Assembly: GCA_963666395.2 (NCBI GenBank)
Contig: CAXXQU010000001.1
Coordinates: 828,124 to 892,123 of the forward strand
Reading direction: 5' to 3'
DNA: 64,000 nucleotides
Source of the DNA: an uncultured Aminiphilus sp.
Lineage (GTDB): Bacteria; Synergistota; Synergistia; Synergistales; Aminiphilaceae
The position numbers were made by a program, and so were the translations under genes. A model generated the notes under the pieces. It was not told the origin of the DNA. It did no database searches and was given only the letters and a program-made list of their open reading frames with translations. This document shows, in pieces, positions 10,315 through 19,698 of the stretch (positions are counted from its first letter, which is position 1; each line of letters begins with the position of its first letter).

Positions 10315-11972
10315 TGATGGAAGTACACGGAGAAAAAAAGGCTATGGAAGAGGTTCAGGAGATGCAGCAGGAATCCATGGAAGTTCAGGGAGGACCTGCT
10401 TCGGAGGAGGATTATTCCGATTCCGAGCAGATGGAGAGCATGGAAACCATGGATATGGAACGCATGATGGAGGAATACGAAGCCCAGGAGGTCCATCGGG
10501 GTAAGAAGCTCGAAGGGATCATCGTGGCCGCCAATGACGATGGCTGGCTCGTGGACGTGGGCTATAAATGTGAAGGTTTTCTGCCCAAGCGTGAGTGGAC
10601 GCACCGGGTTCTTGTGGAGGACGTGGAAGAGCCTTCCGTGGGCGATACCATCAGGGTTCAGGTGGTCAACGTCACGCAGAACGAGGATTCCCAGCTTACC
10701 GTAAGCCGCTGGCGCTCCGCCTTCGACGAGCGCTGGAATGCGGTGGAGGAAGCTCTTGCGGATGATGCTTCCATCACCGTGAAGGGGCTCCGCAAGGTAA
10801 AGGGCGGGTTGATCATAAATTGCTGCGGCATCGAAGGATTCGTTCCCGTTTCCCACCTCGCCGAGGAGGGGCGGGGAGTGAATCCCGGCAAGTTCGTGGA
10901 TGAAACTCTGGAAGTGAAGCTTCTCGACAAGGACCGCCGGAAGCGGCGCCTGGTCTTCTCCCGCAGAAACGTGCTGGAGGAGGAAATGCAGGAACAGCGC
11001 GGTTCCTTCTACGAAGACGTTGTCGAAGGGGATATCCTTACCGGAGTGGTTACGAGCCTTACCTCCTTCGGAGTTTTCGTGAGCCTCGGTCCCGTGGAAG
11101 GGCTCGTGCACCTTTCGGAACTTTCCTGGAAGCGGAATGCCAAGCCCAAGGAACTGGTGAAGAAGGGGGACGAGGTGAAGGTCAAGGTTATCGGCCTCGA
11201 CAAGGAGGAAAACCGAATCTCCCTCAGCATGAAGCAGACCATGGGGGATCCTTGGGAGAGCGTGGCGGATCGCTGGAAGAGCGGGGACAAGGCGGAAGGC
11301 GCCGTCACCAATCTTACGGATTTCGGAGCCTTTGTGGAAATCGAGCCCGGTGTGGAAGGACTCGTGCATATCGGGGATCTTTCCTGGACCCGGATCAAGC
11401 ATCCCAAGGAAGTGCTCCGCAAGGGAGATGTGGTGGAGGTGCAGGTTCTCGACGTGGATGGCGAGCGCCGGCGCATCAGCCTTGGTTACAAGCAGCTTCA
11501 CGATCCCTGGAACGGCGTGGAGGAGCGCTATCAGGCCGGCCAGGATGTGGAGGTCAAGGTGGTGCGGCTTGCGGAGTTCGGCGTTTTCGTGGAGCTTGAG
11601 AAGGGCGTGGAAGGGCTTATTCATATTTCCCAGCTCAGCCGGGAACGGGTGGAAAAGCCCGAGGACGTCATCGCCGAGGGAGCCGAAGTTACCGCCCGCA
11701 TTCTCGAAGTGAACCCCAAGGAACGGCGTATTCGCCTCAGCCTCAGCGCTCTCCAGGCGCCTCTCGAGTCTTCTCGGGAAGAACAGGAGTCGGAGGAGAT
11801 CCGTCCGGAGCGTTCCTCCGCTCCCCGGGAGCGGGATAATCGGCGTCCCCGGGGCGGCAATCGGGGGAGCAGGAAAGAAGCGATACCCTCCTTTGCCCAG
11901 GAAGAGACGGCGGTTACCCTGGGAGATGTTTGGGGAGACGTGTTCAACAAGAAGCTCGACGATCAGGAATAA
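10314..11972 (+). CDS. rpsA: 30S ribosomal protein S1 with a Met/Glu-rich N-terminal extension
   Basis: 552 aa with repeated S1 OB-fold signatures (G.V....FG.FV.L..VEGLVH.S). The ATG overlaps the ispH TAA (TAATG). Confidence 0.93.
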   Translation: MMEVHGEKKAMEEVQEMQQESMEVQGGPASEEDYSDSEQMESMETMDMERMMEEYEAQEVHRGKKLEGIIVAANDDGWLVDVGYKCEGFLPKREWTHRVLVEDVEEPSVGDTIRVQVVNVTQNEDSQLTVSRWRSAFDERWNAVEEALADDASITVKGLRKVKGGLIINCCGIEGFVPVSHLAEEGRGVNPGKFVDETLEVKLLDKDRRKRRLVFSRRNVLEEEMQEQRGSFYEDVVEGDILTGVVTSLTSFGVFVSLGPVEGLVHLSELSWKRNAKPKELVKKGDEVKVKVIGLDKEENRISLSMKQTMGDPWESVADRWKSGDKAEGAVTNLTDFGAFVEIEPGVEGLVHIGDLSWTRIKHPKEVLRKGDVVEVQVLDVDGERRRISLGYKQLHDPWNGVEERYQAGQDVEVKVVRLAEFGVFVELEKGVEGLIHISQLSRERVEKPEDVIAEGAEVTARILEVNPKERRIRLSLSALQAPLESSREEQESEEIRPERSSAPRERDNRRPRGGNRGSRKEAIPSFAQEETAVTLGDVWGDVFNKKLDDQE

Positions 11973-11990
11973 CTTTTTTTGAAACCATAC

Positions 11991-12024
11991 AAAACCGCCG
12001 TGCGCTCTGTGCGGCGGTTTTGTC
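11991..12024 (+). terminator. Rho-independent terminator after rpsA
   Basis: AAAACCGCCG (11991-12000) pairs with CGGCGGTTTT (12012-12021), and a T-run follows. Confidence 0.7.
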
Positions 12025-12050
12025 GTGATGTATGGACGAGGTGATGTGGT

Positions 12051-12539
12051 ATGGCGGTGCAGAAAATCCGGATCTTTCCGGATCCGGTTTTGCGGGAAAA
12101 GACGGAATCCATCGAGGACTTCGGAGAGTCTTTGAATGAGCTTTTGGACGATATGTGGGATTCCATGCTCGCCCATGACGGAGTGGGGCTTGCGGGGCCT
12201 CAGATAGGCCTATCCTTGCAGATCGCAGTGATTCAAATTAAAGAAAATCGCTACGTGCTTATCAATCCGGAGATTCTCGAAGAGCGGGGAGAGCAGATAG
12301 GAGAAGAAGGATGTCTCAGTTTTCCCGGCATTTTCGAAAAAGTACGTCGCCCCGAGTGGGTGAAGGTGCGGGCTCGGGACGAGAGGGGAGAGCTTTACGA
12401 GGTGGAGGGAACCGGTCTTTTTGCCCGGGCTCTTTCCCATGAGATCGATCACCTTAGGGGAGTGCTTCTTCTGGATCACCTTTCCCCTCTCAAGCGAGGT
12501 ATTATCAAGCGAAAGCTAAAAAAGCGAGAGGAGAACTAA
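12051..12539 (+). CDS. def: Peptide deformylase
   Basis: 162 aa with the three PDF motifs GLAGPQIG, EGCLSFPG and HEIDHL. Confidence 0.95.
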   Translation: MAVQKIRIFPDPVLREKTESIEDFGESLNELLDDMWDSMLAHDGVGLAGPQIGLSLQIAVIQIKENRYVLINPEILEERGEQIGEEGCLSFPGIFEKVRRPEWVKVRARDERGELYEVEGTGLFARALSHEIDHLRGVLLLDHLSPLKRGIIKRKLKKREEN

Positions 12540-12755
12540 CGGTTCGTTCCAATTGATCCCGTGAGAAAGGAAGACCTGTGATAACTCTTGCAGGAACTTC
12601 TTTTTGCCACAAAATCGACAGGAACGATCCACCGACGAAAATGATGAAGTAATGACAGTCTCGTAACGCAAAAATCCTTTTCCCGTCTCTCGAAAGGAGG
12701 CTGAAACGCTTTTTTCCGTGGGGACTTGTGGATATACGCCTGGAGGTGCTGCTCC

Positions 12756-13700
12756 ATGCAAAATGGCGATTTCTCTCTTTGGTTTGCCGGAACGGGACAG
12801 TTCGCTGCCCTTTGTCTGGAAACGTTGGGGAATCTTTCCGTACCATTTTCCAAAGTGATTACCCTTCCTCCCCGCCCCATGGGGCGCAAACTTCTTCTTC
12901 AAAGCACACCGGTGGACATGGAAGCCCGAAAATTCGGGTTTTCCGTATACCCTACGGAAAACATCAATCGGGACGATCTCCTCTTACGGGAGCTTTCCGA
13001 AAACCCCCCTCAGGCCATAGTGGTTATCGATTTCGGCCAGTTCATTCGGGAGCCCTACCTTTCGACTCCTCCCTGGGGGTGCTGCAATGTGCATCCCTCT
13101 CTGCTTCCCCTGTACCGTGGAGCCGCTCCCATTCAACGAGCCCTCATGGATGGAGTCTCCACCACGGGGGTAACGGTGTTCCGCCTGGTGGAGGCCATGG
13201 ATGCGGGGCCTATTCTCCATCAGGAATCCTTTGAGATTTCGGAAAACGCCACGGGGGGAGATCTTTTCACATCCCTGGCAAAAAGGGGTGGAAAAAACCT
13301 TCTGAATGTTTTACAATTGCTAAGGCATAAGCAATGTCCTTCCCGCCTGCAGGAAGATAGGAACGCCACCTATGCTCCCAAGATCACGAAAGAGGAGCTT
13401 TTGATCGATTGGAATTGTTCTGCCGCATTCGTGCACAACAAGGTGCGCGCTCTCAATCCGGTACCTTCCGCCTATACGGAATTTCAGGGGAAACGTTTAA
13501 AAATTTGGAAAACCGAGCAGAGCCAAGAGAGAGGAGAGCCAGGAAGAGTGATAACCCTTTCCGAAGGGTGTCCCGTGGTAGCCTGCTCTTCCGGGGCAGT
13601 GCGGCTTCTGGAGGTGCAGTATCAGGGCAAGGAACGTCAGGATGCGTCTTCCTGGGCTCGGGGAGCGCGGATAAAGGAGGGTGTACTGCTTGGAAAGTGA
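12756..13700 (+). CDS. fmt: Methionyl-tRNA formyltransferase
   Basis: Has FAGTGQFA at the N-terminus and HPSLLPLYRGAAPIQRA. ATG 12756 lies 9 nt after GGAGG. The track ORF start at 12726 is probably an extension. Confidence 0.93.
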   Translation: MQNGDFSLWFAGTGQFAALCLETLGNLSVPFSKVITLPPRPMGRKLLLQSTPVDMEARKFGFSVYPTENINRDDLLLRELSENPPQAIVVIDFGQFIREPYLSTPPWGCCNVHPSLLPLYRGAAPIQRALMDGVSTTGVTVFRLVEAMDAGPILHQESFEISENATGGDLFTSLAKRGGKNLLNVLQLLRHKQCPSRLQEDRNATYAPKITKEELLIDWNCSAAFVHNKVRALNPVPSAYTEFQGKRLKIWKTEQSQERGEPGRVITLSEGCPVVACSSGAVRLLEVQYQGKERQDASSWARGARIKEGVLLGK

Positions 13701-14436
13701 CCTTGACATCGATGGCATTATCGAGAGGTGTTTTCGGGACCTTCTTCCTCGGCGTATTATCGGCGTGGTGGGCGCCCTGGGGTCCGGAAAATCCGAATGC
13801 CTCGTCAATTTGGCCCGAACCTTCAAACTTGCGGGGGAAAAAGTAACCCTGGCGGATATCGACATTATCAATCCTTATTTCTCGGTTCGCGAAATCACGG
13901 AAATTCTTGAGAACGAAGGTTTTTCCATTATCAATCCTCCCGGATCAACCCGTTGGGGAGATATTCCCGCCCTTTCCCCTTCCGTGGGAAGGGCTATCGC
14001 GGGGGGGATGCGGCTTTTCCTCGATGTCGGAGGAAATGAACGGGGAGCCATGGCGCTTACCCAGTTCGCTCCGGAAATCCGTGCCGCAGGATATGCTCTT
14101 CTACTGGTAGTCAATGCATCCCGTCCTCTGGCATCTTCCGTGGATGCCCTCTGTGACCTTTCAGAAAAGCTCGCCCAGGTGGCGGAGCTTCCTCTTACCG
14201 CTCTTATCAGCAATACCCATTTTATGCAGGAAACCCGGAAGGAAGATGTGCTCCGGGGCATTGAGCTTTGTCGCGAGGCCTCGGCACGTTTGAAGCTTCC
14301 GCTGCTCTGCGCGGCGGTGGATAAAGACTTGTGGCGCCAATCCTTCGATTGTGCAGAAGAGCTGGAGGGAATTCCTCTCTGGCCTTTGCGTCGTACAATT
14401 CTTTTACCTTGGGAAAGAGGTGTGGTGAATGGCTAA
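13681..14436 (+). CDS. P-loop NTPase of unknown function (SIMIBI/G3E-like)
   Basis: 251 aa with Walker A GALGSGKS and an LDVGGNERG segment resembling the switch region of HypB/UreG-type NTPases. It overlaps the fmt 3' end by 20 nt and the downstream ferredoxin gene by 8 nt. Confidence 0.7.
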   Translation: MYCLESDLDIDGIIERCFRDLLPRRIIGVVGALGSGKSECLVNLARTFKLAGEKVTLADIDIINPYFSVREITEILENEGFSIINPPGSTRWGDIPALSPSVGRAIAGGMRLFLDVGGNERGAMALTQFAPEIRAAGYALLLVVNASRPLASSVDALCDLSEKLAQVAELPLTALISNTHFMQETRKEDVLRGIELCREASARLKLPLLCAAVDKDLWRQSFDCAEELEGIPLWPLRRTILLPWERGVVNG

Positions 14437-14644
14437 AGGTCGTATCGCAGTACTGGAAGACCGGTGCAAGAGCTGCGGACTTTGCGTGGCTGCCTGTCCG
14501 GTAAAGGTGCTCCGTATATCAGACCGGATCAACAATCGCGGGTTCCGACCGGTAGAGCAGTTCAAGGAGGGGTGTATCGCCTGTTCCATGTGTGCCCGAA
14601 CATGCCCTGACGTGGCTATCGAAGTCTACCGTATCGACGAATAA
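14429..14644 (+). CDS. 2-oxoacid:ferredoxin oxidoreductase delta subunit (2x[4Fe-4S] ferredoxin)
   Basis: 71 aa with two cluster motifs, CKSCGLCVAACP and CIACSMCARTCP. Confidence 0.85.
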   Translation: MAKGRIAVLEDRCKSCGLCVAACPVKVLRISDRINNRGFRPVEQFKEGCIACSMCARTCPDVAIEVYRIDE

Positions 14645-14659
14645 GGAGGTGAAGTCATC

Positions 14660-15718
14660 ATGGCAGAACGTATGTTAATGAAAGGCAACGAAGCCTTGGC
14701 GGAAGCCGCCGTTCGGGCGGGGTGCCACTATTTCTTCGGCTATCCCATAACGCCTCAGAATGAGATTCCCGAATACATGTCCCGCCGTCTTCCCGAGGTG
14801 GGAGGGGTCTATCTTCAGGCGGAGAGCGAAGTGGCCTCCATCAACATGGTTTTCGGAGGTGCCGGCACGGGAAAACGAGTGATGACCTCCTCGTCGAGCC
14901 CGGGTATTTCTCTTATGGCCGAGGGAATCAGCTATATCGCGGGAGCTGAACTTCCTTGTGTCATCATGAATATCGTTCGGGGAGGCCCCGGTCTCGGAGG
15001 CATTCTTCCCGCTCAGTCCGACTATTTTCAGGCTACCCGGGGAGGCGGTCACGGGGATTACCGTCTTCTCGTCCTCGCTCCGAGCACGCTCCAGGAGGGC
15101 GTGGATCTTACCATGCTCGCCTTCGAGCTGGCGGACAAGTACCGGAACCCCGTGATGATTCTCGGGGACGGTTTCATGGGGCAGATGATGGAGGCTGTGG
15201 AGTTCAGGGAAGCTCCCATCAAGGAATCTTCCAAGCCCGAAGAGTGGGCGGTGGGATATATGGGACAGCGGGGGAAACGGGGCCTCGTGAAAAGCCTTTA
15301 TCTCGATCCGGAAGAGCTGGAGCAGCATAATCTCAAGCTTCAGAAGAAATATGATGCCATGACCGAAAACGAGGTCCGCTACGAGAGTTATCAGATGGAG
15401 GATGCGGAAATCGTGCTGGCCGCCTACGGAACCACCGCACGCATCGCCCGTTCCGCCATCATGAATCTTCGGAAAGAAGGAATTTCGGTGGGCATGATTC
15501 GTCCTATCACGCTCTTCCCGTTCCCCTACGCTCCCTTCGAGAATCTGCCGGGAAGCGTCAAGAACGTGCTCGTGGTGGAGATGAGTCTGGGGCAGATGAT
15601 CGACGATATCAAGATTGGTGTTGGCAAGGATCTTCCCATTTCCTTCTACGGCCGATGCGGAGGTATCGCTCCCTCGGTGAAGGAAATCGAGGATCAGATC
15701 CGGAAGATCGCAGGGTAG
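14660..15718 (+). CDS. 2-oxoacid:ferredoxin oxidoreductase alpha subunit (KOR/VOR family)
   Basis: 352 aa with N-terminus MKGNEALAEAAVRAGCHYFFGYPITPQNEI, typical of OFOR alpha subunits. Confidence 0.92.
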   Translation: MAERMLMKGNEALAEAAVRAGCHYFFGYPITPQNEIPEYMSRRLPEVGGVYLQAESEVASINMVFGGAGTGKRVMTSSSSPGISLMAEGISYIAGAELPCVIMNIVRGGPGLGGILPAQSDYFQATRGGGHGDYRLLVLAPSTLQEGVDLTMLAFELADKYRNPVMILGDGFMGQMMEAVEFREAPIKESSKPEEWAVGYMGQRGKRGLVKSLYLDPEELEQHNLKLQKKYDAMTENEVRYESYQMEDAEIVLAAYGTTARIARSAIMNLRKEGISVGMIRPITLFPFPYAPFENLPGSVKNVLVVEMSLGQMIDDIKIGVGKDLPISFYGRCGGIAPSVKEIEDQIRKIAG

Positions 15719-15730
15719 GGGGGGATAGTC

Positions 15731-16489
15731 ATGAGCGAGGTAAAAATTTTCGAACGCCCCAAATCCATGTACGATGTCATAACCCACTACTGTCCGGGAT
15801 GCACCCACGGAGTGGCCCATCGCATCGTGGCGGAAGTGATCGACGAACTGGGAATTCAGAACAGGACCTTCGGAGTGGCCCCCGTGGGGTGTTCGGTGTT
15901 CCTGTACAATTATATCAATACGGATATGTACGAGGCCGCTCACGGTCGGGCTCCTGCAGTGGCTTCCGCGGCCAAGAGAGTGCGCCCCGAGATGATCGGC
16001 TTCACCTATCAGGGGGATGGAGATCTCGCCTCCATCGGCATGGCGGAAATCGTGCACGCCGCAAACCGGGGAGAGCATATCACGGTGATCTTCATCAACA
16101 ACGCCATCTACGGTATGACCGGCGGGCAGATGGCTCCCACCACGCTTCTCCAGCAGAAGGCCACCACCTGTCCCTTCGGTCGGGATCCCGGAGTGAACGG
16201 TTATCCCATGCGGGTGGTGGAGATGCTTGCCACCCTGGCGGCTCCGGGTTATATTGCCCGGGCCTGCGTGGCGAAGCCCAAGTACGTACCCAAGGCCAAA
16301 GAGGCGGTGCGCAAGGCTTTTCAGACCCAGATCGACGGAAAGGGTTTTTCCATGGTGGAGCTTCTCTCCACCTGCCCCACCAACTGGGGACTGCGTCCCG
16401 TGGATGCGGCGAACTGGGTGGAAGAGAAAATGATTCCCTATTATCCTCTTGGAGAATTGAAAGTTCCCGATGGGGAGGTGCAAGGCTAA
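15731..16489 (+). CDS. 2-oxoacid:ferredoxin oxidoreductase beta subunit (TPP-binding)
   Basis: 252 aa with TPP motif GDGDLASIG...NNAIYGMTGGQ and a Cys-containing N-terminus (HYCPGCTHG). Confidence 0.92.
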   Translation: MSEVKIFERPKSMYDVITHYCPGCTHGVAHRIVAEVIDELGIQNRTFGVAPVGCSVFLYNYINTDMYEAAHGRAPAVASAAKRVRPEMIGFTYQGDGDLASIGMAEIVHAANRGEHITVIFINNAIYGMTGGQMAPTTLLQQKATTCPFGRDPGVNGYPMRVVEMLATLAAPGYIARACVAKPKYVPKAKEAVRKAFQTQIDGKGFSMVELLSTCPTNWGLRPVDAANWVEEKMIPYYPLGELKVPDGEVQG

Positions 16490-17037
16490 TGGCAGCGTTT
16501 TTCCGCAGTTTGATCGCCGCAGGATTCGGTGGTCAGGGCGTGCTTACTTTGGGTCAGCTCGTGGCGTATACCGCCATGGGGGAGGGGAAAAACGTTACGT
16601 GGATTCCCTCGTACGGTCCTGAGATGCGGGGGGGGACCGCCAACTGCAGCGTGGTTCTCAGCGAGGAGGAAATCGCTTCTCCCGTGGTGACCGAGGCGGA
16701 CGTGGTGGTTATCATGAACCAGCCCTCCCTCGAAAAATTCGAAAAGACCCTCAAACCCGGAGGAGTGCTGATCTACAACCAAGATCTGGTACGTTACGAG
16801 AAGCCCCGGAACGATGTGACGGTTATTCCGGTGCCCGCCAATAGCAAGGCTCAGGAGCTCGGAAACGACAAGGTGGCCAACGTGATTATTCTCGGAGCCT
16901 TGGCGGAAGCTACGGATCTGGTGAATCCCGATGTATGCCTGGAGACCCTCAAGGAAAAGCTCGGCAAGAAGAAGGCTCATCTCCTGGACCTCAATATCAA
17001 GGCCTTCGGTTTGGGCCGTGAAATCGGCGCAAAGTAA
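16489..17037 (+). CDS. 2-oxoacid:ferredoxin oxidoreductase gamma subunit
   Basis: 182 aa starting MAAFFRSLIAAGFGGQGVLTLG. The ATG overlaps the beta-subunit TAA. It is the 3' part of track ORF 15655..17037. Confidence 0.9.
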   Translation: MAAFFRSLIAAGFGGQGVLTLGQLVAYTAMGEGKNVTWIPSYGPEMRGGTANCSVVLSEEEIASPVVTEADVVVIMNQPSLEKFEKTLKPGGVLIYNQDLVRYEKPRNDVTVIPVPANSKAQELGNDKVANVIILGALAEATDLVNPDVCLETLKEKLGKKKAHLLDLNIKAFGLGREIGAK

Positions 17038-17087
17038 GGAGCTGTTTTCCCATTTTCGCTTTTGAACGACAACTTACTACGGAAACG

Positions 17088-17600
17088 TTGTATTCCGGCA
17101 AAATCCTGAATCTGCGGACGGACACGGTGCTTCTTCCCTCGGGAAAAACCTCTTTGCGGGAGGTGGTGGAACATCGTCCGGCGGTGTGTATTTTGGCGGA
17201 AAACGACGAGGGAGAAGTCCTTTTCGTGCGGCAGCACCGTTATCCCGTGGGACGGGCGGTGTTGGAGCTTCCTGCGGGAGTGGTGGAACCCGGAGAGGAT
17301 CCCCTGGAAACGGCGCATCGGGAACTTCGGGAAGAAGTGGGATTGGATGCCCGGCAGATGACCGAAATAACCCGTTTCTACACCTCCCCCGGATTTTGCG
17401 ACGAAGAGATCATTCTTTACTTCGCTTCGGACCTTTTCGAGGCACCTCTTGAAGGGGATGAGGATGAAACGATTCGGGTGGAAACCTGGAATCGGAAAGC
17501 CCTTATGGATGCTCTGGAGAACCGGGAATTTCGAGATGGCAAAACGCTGATCGCCCTTTATTGGTATCTTTTGCGAACCCAAGAGCTCTTTCGTTCCTAA
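17088..17600 (+). CDS. NUDIX hydrolase (ADP-ribose pyrophosphatase-like)
   Basis: 170 aa with Nudix box GVVEPGEDPLETAHRELREEVGL. Confidence 0.88.
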   Translation: MYSGKILNLRTDTVLLPSGKTSLREVVEHRPAVCILAENDEGEVLFVRQHRYPVGRAVLELPAGVVEPGEDPLETAHRELREEVGLDARQMTEITRFYTSPGFCDEEIILYFASDLFEAPLEGDEDETIRVETWNRKALMDALENREFRDGKTLIALYWYLLRTQELFRS

Positions 17601-17644
17601 AAAATAAGGTTTTTGCGGAAACGATTTTCCGGAACACGGAGAAG

Positions 17645-17676
17645 AACCGGCAAACCTTCGGGAATGCCGGTTTTTT
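17645..17676 (+). terminator. Rho-independent terminator after the NUDIX gene
   Basis: AACCGGCA (17645-17652) pairs with TGCCGGTT (17665-17672) and runs into TTTTTT. Confidence 0.7.
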
Positions 17677-17742
17677 CGTATCCCTTTCTGGGGTATACTG
17701 CAATTCTCAGGCTTTTTTCGAAATTGAAGGAAGCCGGAAAAA

Positions 17743-18678
17743 ATGAAAGAGGCGAAGTTTTCCATGAAAGAGATTTCCTCGAATCCGGACATCGCAAATT
17801 TTTTGGATCATCTTCTGTTGGAACGGGGAATGAGTTTCCATACCATCGATGCCTACGGAAGGGATTTGGAACGCTGGGAAGCATACTGCACGGAGCGGCA
17901 GATTTCGCTTTATCCCGTCACTTCGGAATATGCGGACGCCTTTTCCCGAAGGATGCACAACGAGGGGCTCTCCAAAAGCACCATTCAGCGGCGCCTTGCG
18001 GCTTTACGCTCCTGGAGTCGTTTTCTTATGGACGAGGGGATTATCGAAAGTGGATCCTGGAAACCGGAACTTCCTAAAAAAGGCCGAAGGCTTCCTCGAA
18101 TTCTGACGGAATCCGAAGTGGCCCGTCTTATGGATGCCTGCAGAGAGGGAAACGAATATCTGGCTCTTCGGGATCGGGGAATTCTGGAACTCTGTTACGG
18201 CTGCGGTCTTCGGGCCTCCGAAGCGGTGGCGGTACGCCTGGAGGATCTCAACCCCGGAAATCGACTGCTTCGGATTCGGGGCAAGGGAGAGAAGGAACGT
18301 ATGGTTCCCTTTGTGGGGAACGTGGTAACCGCAGTGACGGACTACATCGAAGAAGCCCGGGGGAAGGTTCTTTCCCGGGGAGTTCCGGAAGTGTTCCTTT
18401 CCCGAAACGGTAACCCTCTGGGAAGGGAGGATCTCTGGAAGATCGTGCGCAAAAGAGGAAAGCTTGCAGGTATTCCCGAAACCCGGCTCTATCCTCATAT
18501 TCTGCGGCACTCCTTTGCTACCCACCTTCTTCGGCGAGGAGTCGATCTGCGCACTCTCCAGGAGATCGTGGGCCATTCTTCCATCAACACCACCGAACAG
18601 TATACCCACCTTGATGTGGAGCTTCGTAACATTTATGATCAATGTCATCCGAGAGGAATGGCAGATTCCAGGGAGTAG
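17743..18678 (+). CDS. xerD: Tyrosine recombinase XerD/XerC family (chromosome dimer resolution)
   Basis: 311 aa with an N-terminal SAM-like domain (FLDHLLLERGMSFHTIDAYGRDLERW) and catalytic HILRHSFATHLL plus GHSSINTTEQYTH. XerC versus XerD cannot be decided by eye. Confidence 0.85.
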   Translation: MKEAKFSMKEISSNPDIANFLDHLLLERGMSFHTIDAYGRDLERWEAYCTERQISLYPVTSEYADAFSRRMHNEGLSKSTIQRRLAALRSWSRFLMDEGIIESGSWKPELPKKGRRLPRILTESEVARLMDACREGNEYLALRDRGILELCYGCGLRASEAVAVRLEDLNPGNRLLRIRGKGEKERMVPFVGNVVTAVTDYIEEARGKVLSRGVPEVFLSRNGNPLGREDLWKIVRKRGKLAGIPETRLYPHILRHSFATHLLRRGVDLRTLQEIVGHSSINTTEQYTHLDVELRNIYDQCHPRGMADSRE

Positions 18679-18749
18679 CCACGGGTGACGCCGATATTTC
18701 CTTGGAAAGGCATGCAAAATTTCGTTGAAGAGAGGAGCACGGTTAAACC

Positions 18750-19568
18750 ATGACCTATCGTGAAAAAGTAGAAGAGGCGGCTCGGGTAATTCAGAAAAAA
18801 TTTCCCTATTCTCCCGAGGCGGTGCTGGTGCTCGGTTCCGGTCTCGGAGGCGTGGCGGAGGCGGTGGAGGATGCCACGGTACTTCCCTACGGAGAGATTC
18901 CCCATTGGCCTCTTTCAACCGCTCCGGGACATTCGGGGCGTCTGGTTTGCGGACTTCTCGAAGGCCGCAGGGTAATCGTCATGCAGGGCAGGGTGCACTA
19001 CTACGAAGGGTATTCCATGGAGCAGGTAACTTTTCCGGTGCGGGTTTTCGGGGTTTTGCAAGCTCGGAACCTGGTACTCACCAACGCCTCGGGAGGAATA
19101 AACCTCGGACTTCTTCCGGGAGATCTCGTGGCGCTTTACGATCATATCAATCTCCTCGGGAAGAACCCTCTCATGGGGCCCAACGAGGATGATTGGGGGC
19201 CCCGTTTCTCCGATGCGGGAAACATCTACCGCAAAGAGCTTCTGGAGCTTCTCGAAGAAAGTTCTCTGGAAACCGGAGTGCCTCTCAAACGGGGGGTTTA
19301 CGTGGCCTTTTCGGGACCTTCCTTCGAAACTCCCGCGGAAATCCGGATGGCCCGAATTCTCGGGGCGGATGTGGTAGGTATGTCCACGGTTCCCGAAGCT
19401 CTGGTGGCATCCCATATGAATATGCCGGTCTGTGCCATTTCTTGTGTGGCGAACTATGCTGCGGGAATTACGTCGAATCCTCTGACCCACGAGGAAGTGT
19501 TGGCGGAGGTGGCAAAATCTGCGGCATCCCTGGAAAAGCTGCTTCGAGCTTTTTTAAAAAAACTGTAG
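18750..19568 (+). CDS. punA: Purine nucleoside phosphorylase (PunA type)
   Basis: 272 aa with VLGSGLGG, GRVHYYEGY and GADVVGMSTVPE. Confidence 0.92.
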   Translation: MTYREKVEEAARVIQKKFPYSPEAVLVLGSGLGGVAEAVEDATVLPYGEIPHWPLSTAPGHSGRLVCGLLEGRRVIVMQGRVHYYEGYSMEQVTFPVRVFGVLQARNLVLTNASGGINLGLLPGDLVALYDHINLLGKNPLMGPNEDDWGPRFSDAGNIYRKELLELLEESSLETGVPLKRGVYVAFSGPSFETPAEIRMARILGADVVGMSTVPEALVASHMNMPVCAISCVANYAAGITSNPLTHEEVLAEVAKSAASLEKLLRAFLKKL

Positions 19569-19698
19569 CAACTGCGACAGACTGCGGTTTTTTACTAAAT
19601 TGAATGAGCATCCCGGAGAACCGGAAAAGTTCTCCGGAATGCTTTCAAAGTCCAGCTTCTGAAGGAATACATGAAATTTTTCCAGGGAAAATTGAAGA

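Noticed and set aside
12505-12902. All three minus-strand frames are open across the 215-bp def-fmt spacer.
   Set aside because: The translations look random and lack an RBS. Simultaneous openness of three frames over about 300 nt is compatible with chance at this composition. No hairpin or motif of note was found apart from a weak stem at about 12578-12615.
15655-16488. The 5' two-thirds of track ORF 15655..17037 (460 aa), overlapping the alpha/beta oxidoreductase subunit genes in another frame.
   Set aside because: Only the last 182 aa (from ATG 16489) look like a real protein (the OFOR gamma subunit). The upstream part is Arg/Gly/Ser-rich out-of-frame read-through of the beta-subunit gene.
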